Assembly (NCBI GenBank): GCA_003971905.1
Contig: RSEE01000003.1
Coordinates: 248,001-312,000, forward strand
Direction of reading: 5' to 3'
Source: Moniliella sp. 'wahieum'
Lineage: Eukaryota
Length of the DNA stretch: 64,000 nucleotides
The translations under genes were made by a program, and so were the position numbers. Below, in pieces: positions 53,712 to 64,000 of this stretch (position 1 is its first letter; the number at the start of each line of letters is the position of its first letter). Below the pieces are notes generated by a model. That model was not told the origin of the DNA, ran no database searches, and worked only from the letters and a program-made list of their open reading frames with translations.

Positions 53712-55123
53712 ATGGCCCCTCCAATTGTCAGAAGAGGAACCCCCAGTCGGATTCCTCTCCGGCGCCGCACCTCGTTGGCAGGGGCGGGCACACCTTCTGT
53801 CCGTCCTGGATCAGCGCTTTCTGCTGCGAGGGCGACACGCCAGGCGCGGCCGACAACACTGTCGCAGCAAGGGACAGCTCCCTCTGAGAATAATGTTATT
53901 CTAACCCAAGCCCAGTACCATGGCGAGGATGCAAACAATGCCTTGGACATGACCACCACAGGAAACATCGACGTGGATGATGATATGACCCAGGAGGCCG
54001 TAACGGAGGGGGAAACTCCGGCTCCTGATACCGAAAACGATGGGAACAGCGCGATGAGCACTTTCGGCGAGATGTTTCCAACTATCGACACTTTGCTCGA
54101 CAACGGCGATGATACGATGCCCAGGGCCCAACGGGAAGGATCATTTCCAGCCGTCCCTTCCCTCTTCAACGAGGGAGATTTACAGGAAGGGTCTAATACC
54201 GACCAGATTGTGACGACGTTGCGTATGCTCGTAGGGGCTGTCAACCACATGAACGATCGTATGGAACGCATCGAGACTAGAATGGAGACTCATTATCAGA
54301 ACTTGATGGCGTCTGCCAATGCGAGCCCCCAGGGTTACCGGTCGTTCTTGGATGCAAACAAGGTATGCTCGCCTCATATTCTTCATTGGTTATTATAGGA
54401 CTAACTTCAATGCCTGCAGACGTGGGTTGCTGCCCTTGCGATCATCGTGTGGTGCGCCCCGAATGCGTCCATTACTAGCAATGCCCACCTGTGGTCGCGC
54501 GTGTCCCACTTGCTACGGCAACCGCGCGAGCGGCAACTCCTGTGCATACCTCTTGACCTCGCTTGGAGAGGACGTATGGACGACTTTCTCCATGAGCTCA
54601 AGAAGGTCCTGACTCCTCATTGGAATACTCTGCGGCATGATTTACTGCATCGAGTGCGCATAATCTCTCATTATGTGTCCAGGATTGCAGCTAACCCCTC
54701 CTAACCCATTTCCAGTACCGCCATCAAGGCCCTCATCCAACGCAGGCCGACAGGACGGTGTTCAACCTGGACGGCTACATTCGTGAGACCTGGGGGAAGT
54801 TGGGCAACATGCGCAACACGCTCCCGGCTCATCTCAAGCGGTTTCCAGCGTGCGCTGTGAAAAAATTTGCCCTTGTCCATATTGCCATGGCGCGCCTTCA
54901 GGTTTTCACGCAGAACGGCAGCGACACTACTGAGCGAACAGCCCAGGCCCAGTGGACGAGGGTGGAAAAAGAGTTTAACAACTTGTCTTCGAACACACCA
55001 CCAGATGCCACCACATATGTGAACACGCTGCAGAGTCAGCTAAACGTTGCAGGCGGCCCGGCGGACGTGTATCCGCATTGCTCGATGCTGCTCCCGGACC
55101 TGAACGCAGTTCCGAAGACTTAG
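53712..55123 (+). CDS. Second transposon gene (TnpA-like accessory, function unknown)
   Basis: MAPPIVRRGTPSRIP..., disordered acidic N-terminus, short coiled coil (VNHMNDRMERIETRMETHY). Introns 54363-54419 and 54654-54715. Helical C-terminus VHIAMARL...QWTRVEKEFNNL. Lies inside the TIRs, divergent from the transposase. Confidence 0.75.
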
Positions 55124-55959
55124 AGGAGCTCCTCCCAGTGATATAGCACTGACCATTCATTCGGCCTGCGCAAGGACTTTGGTGCATCGTGCGTGAACAT
55201 AAGAAGTCATGTGGTGCCCATTCACTTGAAGCTTGATGTAACACCGTAGGCCACTAGTATGGATCAAGTGAGGATAATCGTGACCTGTATAGCGATTCAC
55301 CCGGCTATGGAGACCGCAATGAATGCTGAAGCGTTTGGGACAGTAGCGTAAACGATCGATTGCGGGCGAGAGATAGGCGTTGGTGGTAGGAAGCAGGACG
55401 AGAGGGCTATACTGGACAAGGCTATTCGTCGTTGGCTTACGCGGGTACGCGCGCATCAGCAGTCTTCGGAGCCCGCGGAGCCTCGGGGCTAGAGAAGCTG
55501 CAAGTGCGTCGCGTTCGGCGAAGCCAGTAACCAGTCACCGTCGCAACAGAGACAACTAGTACTACAGCAAGTCGCAAATCGGCAAACTCAAGAGAGCGCT
55601 CTTGAAGCTTGATTGATGATTAGACCCTTGAACACTGCTGCAGGGGGCCGCTAGTGTTGTGGCGTTAATAGACAGATATAATAGCTTACCTAGGCCCCTG
55701 GCGTGGTCCAGATTGGTCTGTGCGCACAGAATGTGGCTGCGCCACACGCGCCTCCTTTTAACCTCCTGCTCCTCTGTGGTTGCATCCTGTCTCCTCACCA
55801 CCGCCCCTCTCATTGCGCCCGCAGCAACCAGTATCCCATCTCTGCAGCCAACACATCTCAGAGTGCTCTGCTGTGCCACGGCGCAACAGCACCATCTTCT
55901 TCCCCTGGCCACTAACATCACCATCGTTGTTGCCTGCACTGCTTACTGCCCGCCTTGCT

Positions 55960-56712
55960 AGTCCCGTCCCCATCGCTCGGTTCTCCGCGCCTGGTCTGCA
56001 TTGCTGCCGTACGTCTCCATTCCCTCTCCCGCCACACTCCGTCCTCCTCGCCTCGTCAGTATCGCTGGTGAACGCCCCCTCTGCCTCTCGCCCCGGCCCC
56101 CTCTCACTGTCTGCATTGCTTTTGTCGTATGTGTTCTCTTGCCCACCAGCGCTCTGTTGCTGACCCCGCCTACACAGACACCCCCTCGGTGGCCATCTTG
56201 CCCTCGTTTCACCTGATCCGCAGCGCCATCGTACGTGCCCGCTTCCTTCGCATTCCCCACACTTCTGCTGACCTTGTGGGTAGCATGCGTGATGTGCATG
56301 CACCGTTTCGCTCACCTTCGGCCTTGTCCGTCTGGTTCCATTTTGCCTCGCCTGAGGTCCTCTCGCTTGGCTGGCCTGCCTTGCCATCGTATGTCCCCCG
56401 TACTTCGCGCTTGGAGTTGTCCTGCCACTGACACTATCTACCCAGCTGCTCTGCATGCACGGAATCCCACGGTTGGTTCGTCTCGTCTTGTTCGCCTCGA
56501 CTCATCTGACCTTTTTCGCCGTCGTACGTCCCTTCTCTGTTATATGCCAACGCTGTTCCTAACCTTGTTCGCCCTACCAGTGTACATTCCGCCTTCATCC
56601 CGCTTGACCTCGCTACTGGCCCTCTTGATCGCCTGACCTGTGAGTCCGTCGCACATTTTCTGTGTCTCTCGCTAACCCCATGCTGCTGCTGACTTGGCCA
56701 GCGTCTCCCTAG
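55960..56712 (+). other. Multi-intron transcript-like unit inside the transposon right arm
   Basis: Five consecutive canonical 51-62 bp introns: 56127-56177, 56231-56283, 56389-56445, 56524-56580, 56640-56701. Each has a GTAYGT or GTGAGT donor, a CTRAC branch point and a YAG acceptor. Confidence 0.6.
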
Positions 56713-56961
56713 TGCGCGCTCCCCTCATACTAACCTGCCACTTTCTGTACCGCTCACTGCTCTACTATGTTGTGGTGCTTCCGTCTGACGTCACACCTAA
56801 CCGTGGTTGCCGTGTCATCGCTTCCCAGCGATCTTCGAATGCATTCTATACCTAAGAAATACCTACCCTGCCTATAAATCTAGTAGTTCTGGATCGATGC
56901 CAGCCCCATCCAACCAGCCGGTTAGAAAGCCTACAAGCACGCATCCAATCAACAGCTAAGC

Positions 56962-57255
56962 GTTTGAGCGCATGTGGCCAAAGCGCTTGAGCGCATGTGG
57001 CCAAAGCCATTGAGCGCATGTGGCCAAAGCGCTGAGCGCATGTGGCCAAAGCCATTGAGCGCATGTGGCCAAAGCGCTTGATCTCATGTGGCCAAAGCGC
57101 TTGAACGCATGTGGCCAAAGCTTGAACGCATGTGGCCAAAGCGCTTGATCTCATGTGGCCAAAGCGCTTGAACGCATGTGGCCAAAGCGCTTGATCTCAT
57201 GTGGCCAAAGCGCTTGACCTCTTGGGCCAAAGCGCTTGACCTCATGTGGCCAAAG
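56962..57255. repeat. Subterminal tandem array, 13 copies of a ~23-bp unit (CATGTGGCCAAAGCGCTTGAnnn)
   Basis: 13 GGCCAAAG cores counted at 21-23 bp spacing, ending about 66 bp inside the right TIR. Confidence 0.95.
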
Positions 57256-57321
57256 TGCCGAAGGTAATATTCGGAAAAATTTACTCATTTTTGGGTGATG
57301 TGGTCATCTAAGCGAAATTTT

Positions 57322-57342
57322 AATTTTTCACACCCGCCCGTG
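57322..57342 (-). repeat. Right TIR
   Basis: aatttttcacacccgcccgtg|ta. Confidence 0.92.
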
Positions 57343-57562
57343 TAGGGGGCGAAGCGGGGGCCAGGCACTGTGCACACGATATAGCCAAGGAAAAAAGAGG
57401 AGCACGGATTATACTCCGGCCGCCAAAGTGGTACAAGACCAATCGCGCAACGTCCCAAACATGCCACAGACAAAAAAAGGGAGATTTTGGAAGCAGGAAG
57501 GGCAAGGATATGGAGTGAGCGAGACGGGAATGAGCTCAGTGCTCACAGTACTTCGTGGACGC

Positions 57563-57691
57563 CTAGGCCTTTTTGGAATGCACGGGGCCTGTGATTTTGC
57601 CACAAGCGCAGATGCAGTCATAGGAGGTGGTGACAAACTTGCACCGAGGGCACCATCGTACCAAAGTCGTCGGGTTGACAGCAGCAGGCAT
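57563..57691 (-). CDS. Candidate 42-aa Cys-rich zinc-ribbon microprotein
   Basis: MPAAVNPTTLVRWCPRCKFVTTSYDCICACGKITGPVHSKKA*. Upstream on the same strand are a branch point and acceptor (TCTAAC...CACTAG) and a TATA-like TATATTAA. Confidence 0.45.
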   Translation of the reverse strand: MPAAVNPTTLVRWCPRCKFVTTSYDCICACGKITGPVHSKKA

Positions 57692-59285
57692 TGCAGCAAG
57701 CTAGTGGGGAGACAAAGACAGGAGAGTTAGACCACAGTACCGTATATTTACACGCGGGGAAGGGACTTGCCTGTGGTAGATACAGGGATGGTAGACTGGT
57801 GGTGGTGGCAGTAGGATGAAGTGAGAGGAGCAGGAAGAAAATGGCGGCATTACTATTTGGTCCTTAATATAATGGAGGGCTGCTGCGTGTGATACAAAAG
57901 CTGACAGTGGACACTCCTATGGTGTACCCTGAGAGGCTGTGTGCACAAACCGAATAAATCATTGCCCCGTTTCCGGCCTAACACATATCCGGCCCCCGTT
58001 CAGTTCAGCCGGTGGCGTGGACAGAACAGTGATGATGGTGACGCGACGACTCAGTTTGACCGCGCGTTTAATCGGGCCTTTCCGAGTCCATGTGTCCCTG
58101 GGCTGTAGCGGCATGGCTCGGCATGGTTATAGCGCCTAATGCATGTGCGTACCATACGCTGTGCCGTGACAAAAGGAATAATACCAGCAAAGATTCGAAC
58201 ATAGCCCTGCCTTTTCGATGTGCACCATACAGCCTTCTAACCCCAAACGCTGGTCCATACAGAAGCCCCCACCAACCCTGGCCTCATCGGCCTCATCCCC
58301 TGAAGCCTACTGCCAGGTAGTGAGGGGGTCGCCCGTCCAAAGCTTCTAGGTCACGCGCTTTTTTTATTGTGCAAGCGGGAACTTAGTACCGATATCTTTT
58401 CTCGTGACTTCTTTCCCACCGGACTAACGTTCGGCCGATTTCCCCTGCGTGCCCCTGTCCTCCAAGGTATACCATGATCGATGATCGTCGTGCTTGGTCA
58501 GCGCCATCATGCATCATGACCGAGAGCACTAACATTTCCCACGCTTCCCGTCTCGAGTATATAGAGGACCATGGGGAGACCTGGAGTCCTGATGGTCCTC
58601 GAGGGTGATGCAGTCGCACTGGTGGTGGTGGTGTCGCAACCAGCACTGCTTACAGAGGAACATTAAGCAGCGAGTCGCCATCAGGGGCTAAGCTGCGGAA
58701 CAAGAGAAAACAGGAGAGAGCAAACAACGGGACTCCTAGGCCTGAGGAGGAACTGAAGGGACATTGGCCAAAGCACGAGCCACCCAGCTCAACAGATCAC
58801 AGTGTGACGGTCACCAGTGGGGAGCCACCTTTGAGTAGACAAGATCTTGTACGGAGGGGGTGTTGAGTCCCGAACAACCCATCCAACACGGCGAAAAAGG
58901 GGACACTGTGCCCCTAGTTATAGCTTTGGGATGCCACACTTACTTGAACAGTGGCACCGGTTGCCCAAGTCGGAGGTTCTCTTCGGAGCGTTCCTTTCGG
59001 TCACCTTCTTATACGGCAGGAATATTCTTACTGCGTCTATAGCTCATAATGAGCTACGCAGTACACCTTCAACTGTCTGATGCTCTTCTTTGGTTTTCAC
59101 AGTACAGGTAGAAAGCAAGGTGGAGTAAATCCACAAGGGGCTATGGCCAACAAAACTGAACACGGGGGAATGCTAGACCAGCCAGCGTGCCCATTACGTT
59201 CCGGAGCAAATGGGAAAGGAAACCCAAAGAGGAGACAAAAAAGAGAACGTGAGGAGGGTACAGACAGGGTCCAAACGGTCCACAC

Positions 59286-60150
59286 TTATGAAATAAAGTG
59301 CCACGTCGCGCCCGTCAACCGGCCAAGCGACTCAGACGCAAGCGCATTGAAGGCCGAGGGGCTTAGGTCGAGGTCGAAGGACCACAACCGGGGCATTGAT
59401 CGCTCGCGGTCACCTCGATCGTCTTGCCCTGGTACGTCAAGGCAATCTTGTGACCACATAGTTTGTGCTGTGTTGCTAAACCCATACTGGGACCAAAGAC
59501 CAGTGCCAATAGCAGCAATGTAGTCCGAGTCCGAGTTGGTCCAGCCGCAAGCACCAAGGCCGGTAGCGTAGTACGTCAGCTCACCCGTGTGGGAGCCCGA
59601 TGCGGCTCCTGCAACACGCCGCCGATGCCTGATGTGGAATGAAGGGGCAGTGCAGGTGCAGGTGCAGCCGACGAGCTCTGCGCGGCGTGATCGCCCCCTT
59701 TCTTAGAAGTCGCTTCGAGGACGAAGACGAGCTGGAGATGAGTGATGATGCGACGGACGAGGCGACGGTGAGGCGACGGGATAGCCGGCGAGCTGGCTGA
59801 AGACGACGGGTGAGGCGACGGGATGGCCGGCGAGCTGGCTGACGACGAAGTCGGGGCCTTAGAAGAATGGGCGTGGCTGTGGTGCGACGGGTGGTGGCTC
59901 CCTTGGGGTCGGTGAGAAGCTGCTTCTGGAGGGCGCAGGCTCGGCCGAGGCTGCTGCTTTGGGACGGCACTTGCGCGTACGGCGCTGAGGCATGTTGCCA
60001 AAGCGGGAGACGAGACGCGGGTGGTTGTGGCACGCCAAATGCACGAGCTTGAGGGGCAAGTGCGGCGTCGTGCTGCATCGAGGCCTGGGTGCCGACAGCA
60101 CCGGCGATGGCCACAGATGCGGCGAAGAGAGCGCGCGAGAGCGAGACCAT
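59286..60150 (-). CDS. Secreted RlpA-like double-psi beta-barrel (expansin/loosenin-like) protein
   Basis: Signal MVSLSRALFAASVAIAGAVG, Ser/His-rich linker, then HTGELTYYATGLGACGWTNSDSDYIAAI...CGHKIALTYQGKTIEVTASDQCPGC...DLDLSPSAFNALA...GRLTGATWHF. Confidence 0.9.
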
Positions 60151-61231
60151 TACGGCACGAAAAGTGGGAAAGAGGGTGGGGAGGGCCGTGGGAGGGCGGG
60201 TGGAAAGCGGGCGCACGGCGCAAGAGATGGTGTGGAGGGCGGGCGGGCCAGAGAGAGTGTGCCTGCACTCAAGGAGGGTGACGTGGGTTCGCGCAGCGAC
60301 GGGATGGAGGGATTGGTGGTGGAGGGTGGTTGGGGAGGCGCAGCAAGGGGGAGGGGTGCAGTTGTGGGTGAGACCTGGGGGCAGGAGCGCTGGCAGCACA
60401 ACGCAGCACCGCGCCCTGTCCGACGCAGAACGCCGAGGCGGCGCAGAGATGCTGGCCGGGGCCTTGGCGCCGCAGCTGCACGACTGGCGCGGTGCTGCGC
60501 GGGCGCACTGGATCAGTCGCAGACCCGGAGAAAATCCGACCACGTGGACGTGAGTGGCGCCCTGCTGGCCCACGCACAGCGCCAGTCGCAGCCACCTGCA
60601 CCGCCTCAGCCGCACGGAGTAGCATGCACGAATGGCCCCACCAGCCTACCCTCGGCCAGCCCCGTCCTCTCTCTGCTGCACGTGACATTCAGGCTGGGCC
60701 ATGCGACCGATGATCGGTCCCACCTTAAGGATGACTAGATGACTGACAGGCGAGCGCTTCTGCTGCCTGCTGCCTGGACTTGGGTTTTACATGTCCACGC
60801 CTATCGTTAGGCCGTAGGTCGTTAGATGTCTATAGGCCTTAGGCCTACCCTTAGGCCTTATGAGTACCAACGTATTGTCTGCTGTACGAACCCGGAACAT
60901 GGCTCGAAAGATACCCGTCTTCCCAACACACACCGTTTGGGTACACGCAGAACAGCATCTGCACCTTGGTTCAATACGAGCAGGGGCTAGTGACCAGTGA
61001 GTACGCGGTACGAGTACTGAGTAATGGAGTGACTACGAGTGGCTAGTGACTTACTCCACGGCCGGTCCTACCCCCTACTTGCTTGATTGAGCAATCTCCA
61101 CTGCCTTTGATGCTACACAGACACTGCATATGGGGGGGGGGCATCGAACGGCATTTTGGTAGATTGGCTCCATACGAATCACTGGGCCGTGAGTTCACGA
61201 ACCTGAGCTTAGTCCCTGCCATGCGCATCGA

Positions 61232-62908
61232 TCACAAGTAAAACTCAGCACGCGTAAGGAGCGTAGCCAAGATGACCTTGGTAATCAGCTGAAGCTGGAC
61301 AAAGTCGTATCCTGGCCGGGCCGCCAAGTCGCCAGAGTTGTGGTAAAATGGGTCACGGATGGGCCCGTTGCGCTCAAAGGCCCAGCTGGCAGGATAGCCT
61401 GCTTCCCAGAAACTCTGGTGGTCTGAGCAGCACGCCGGTGTGAAGCCAGGGACAAGCTCGGGTACGTAGATCTGCGTCAAAGCAACCACGTGTTGCGTAA
61501 CCGAACGGGTGCTGAGCTTATCCGGGAACGCGATTTGCCGCGGTTCTCCCTCCACACGGTACGCAATCATGTCCAGCTGGAATTGGAGGTGGACCTTGGC
61601 CTCGGTTTGTTTGAGGTGGGCAGCATACGCTTGCGAGCCCAACAGACCTTGCTCTTCTCCACTAAAGAAGACAATCCGCACAGACCGACGGAAGCGGACA
61701 CCAAAGTTACCAGAACCCGTGCCAGGACGATCAAAGCGGTAGTTCCGCTCCCATCATCATCAGCACCGGGAGCGCTGAGTTCACCGAACGTGCCCCGGCT
61801 GTCATAGTGTGCCGAGAGAAGAACTTCGCCATCCTTCTCATCTTCATCCCATCCTTCATGCTCCTCCGTCGGAGCGGGGGGGATGGTGCACACGACGTTA
61901 GGTGCATAATACGTGTTGTACTCCCACAGGTCACACTTGGCCCCGGGGAGAGAAACGAGCGAGGCTTCCACATCGGCTACCTCAGAAAGTTAGATCCTGC
62001 CTTTAATGAACCCAATCCACATACCTTTAATCCACTCAGCTGCATGGCGAGCCCCCCAAGTGCCAGAGTGACGGGTGTGCCATTCTTTGAAGCCTTGCTT
62101 TAGCACTGTGCTCTGGGCCTCACCGGAGAGAATCTTGACCACCTCCTTGATCTTCGGCACAGACAGCTCGGAATCGTTCAGCAACTTGGCCACCACCGGG
62201 TCGTACTCGGGCCGTGGGAAGGTGGGCTCGGGCTTGTCTTGAAAGGGAATCACAGGCGGGCGCGCCTGAATCCGAGCAACATGCGTGTCATATGGAAGGA
62301 AGCGATCAATGTTGGCGCTCGCATGCTGTCCCTCTCGCGTGGGGGGAGGGAAAGCAATGCATACTCCGAGGTCAACAGCACAATCTGGGGCAGTTCACTG
62401 ATCCCCTCGGCGGTAAGGGCATGGACCACTGACGCGCTCCCGGTAGCACGGCGCTGCTGTACACGAAGCGCGGCCGCAGCACCGGTTTCATGCGTACACG
62501 AAACGTCCAATCCAAAAGAATCCGCTTCGCCTTCGGGATGAAGGGAGTGGTACAGACGCGCAAACCAAGGGCACGCGTCTGGCTGTGCGACAGCCGTTTG
62601 CGAGACCCAAAAAAGGGTGTCTTCTCGGTCGATATGAGCCTGAGCGTTCGATTGGACATGTTGCATGCCCTTCTGAGTGCATCCATCTTCTCCAAAAATG
62701 GTGGTGTACCAGTGCTGCTGCTGGTTGGAGGCGTCCCAGGCAGGGTGGGTGCTGAGGCGGAGGGGGCGGGCACAAGCTTCCTGAGTCTGCCAGGCGAGCG
62801 CATTGGTTTCTCCCTCAACGGAAGAAAGAGGCAGCACGCGAACCTCTCTCTCTCCGCGAGTACACCGACGAAGGCAGCCGCAAATGCAACAAGGCTAGCA
62901 CTGAGCAT
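61232..62908 (-). CDS. Secreted M28-family metallo-aminopeptidase
   Basis: Signal MLSASLVAFAAAFVGVLA. Zinc-ligand motifs LLSAHYDSRG, APGADDDGSG, FSGEEQGLLGS, QLDMIAY, CCSDHQSF, DPFYHNSGD. Confidence 0.93.
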
Positions 62909-63507
62909 CGGTGGTGGTGGAAGAAAGTGGAGAGCAAAACAATGGGAATGTCGTCCATGCCGCCCCAACCACGTTGGGCCAGCGTCGCCATCTTATCGGG
63001 CCAATTGGATTACATAATTTCTCATGTGTCACCATCACACCAAGTACGGTGCCATCCATTGCGTGACCCCTACAATACGGGAATTATATACATGGAAGCG
63101 AGACGCAGATGAAGCTTGGAGCTTGAAGGCTCGCAATCGCTCCACGAGAGGATACATCAAGGAAGGAAGGCAGACACCCATATGAGAGACTCCTTGATAA
63201 TGACATGCATTGCAGGAGGAACATGGATTGTAACATGTAATTCAAAGAGCATCACACAATAGGCAGAAGTGCATACATCTGGGCTCGGTCGCAGCGAAAG
63301 TATATCGACCTCAGCAGCCAAACGCCTCCGCCCGAATCATATGCACATTTACCATCGAGGGATGGACCACTGGATGCACCGTGGCCGTAGGGGTGGAGGG
63401 TCAGATCTCAGGAACCTCGACCGTGGTCTCATCTGAATGATATAAAGCAAGAAGCCATGGCCATTGAGTAGCTTGTATGCCACGTCACCGTGACGCTCAC
63501 TGTTCCA

Positions 63508-63902
63508 TCAGTTAAGGGCATAACTGAGGCCCAGCGCGGTGCGGGACACCTTCACAGGTGAGGAAGGTATATACGATTGACTTTGGTTACAGTGGTAATG
63601 TCGTTGTCGAGCATGAACACCGAGACCTTCAATGAGCCTCACCAAAAACAGGTCTTTTTCCAACGCGTATATAGAGCTGTGGGGAACAGCATTGCTTATC
63701 GCGCTCAACCACGCGTAATCCTCATCAACCAAGACGGAGGGGCCACAAGTAACCCTCTCGTCAACCGACGGAAAATCACATCATCCTGGGTGTGGTTGAG
63801 ATCGGATGCGCTCCTCCCACCACCGAAAAGTGGAGGCCTGCCGAGACCGTGGCAGGGGATCGGCCAGCGTTGAGGCCAGCTGTTCGTGGCCAAGGCGATC
63901 AT
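63508..63902 (-). CDS. Possible hypothetical protein fragment
   Basis: Protein-like pieces DLNHTQDDVIFRRLTRG and VDEDYAWLSAISNAVPHSSIYALEKDLFLVRLIEGL. No family recognised. Confidence 0.25.
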
Positions 63903-64000
63903 CTGATCATCGTGGGTTGGGTCGGAGGTTGGACGCTCGTTCCTGCAGTGAAAGCGCTGGCGGCGCTGGCGGGCGGGCTGAGTTAATGGATCAGGTGCCG

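Larger units (their letters stand above)
48138..57342. mobile_element. Complete-looking CACTA/EnSpm (CMC)-like DNA transposon, 9205 bp
   Basis: Perfect 21-bp TIR CACGGGCGGGTGTGAAAAATT at 48138-48158 and its reverse complement at 57322-57342. TA on both flanks (48136-37, 57343-44). Contains a DDE-type transposase, a second gene and a subterminal tandem array. Confidence 0.9.

Noticed and set aside
56009..56059. Sixth intron in the transposon right arm
   Set aside because: Good donor (GTACGT) and CAG, but no CTRAC branch point, so not counted.
56962..57255. CRISPR-like array
   Set aside because: Units are contiguous with no unique spacers, there are no cas genes, the context is eukaryotic, and it is explained as a transposon subterminal repeat.

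Overview
Eukaryotic genomic DNA from a basidiomycete fungus. The Ubc2-type Ste50 architecture and short GT-AG introns with CTRAC branch points suggest Ustilaginomycotina. About 15 recognisable host genes: phosducin-like protein, STL1-like sugar porter, SNU23, MIC60, Cdc15/SepH-like kinase, Ntr2/GCFC, two GPI-type surface proteins, an amino-acid permease, a G1-type cyclin, ATG3, Ste50/Ubc2, a truncated MFS transporter, an RlpA/expansin-like protein and an M28 peptidase. Nearly every gene has 1-2 bp frameshifts, most likely long-read indel errors, so exon boundaries are approximate. The main accessory feature is an apparently complete 9.2-kb CACTA/EnSpm-like DNA transposon (48138-57342). It has perfect 21-bp TIRs beginning CACG, TA flanks, a spliced DDE transposase, a divergent second gene, a third multi-intron transcript-like unit and a one-sided 13-copy subterminal array. 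Also notable: a 42-aa zinc-ribbon-like micro-ORF beside the element, and 7-bp 'palindrome+1' tandem repeats across the non-coding DNA. All family assignments come from motif recognition by eye; no searches were run.
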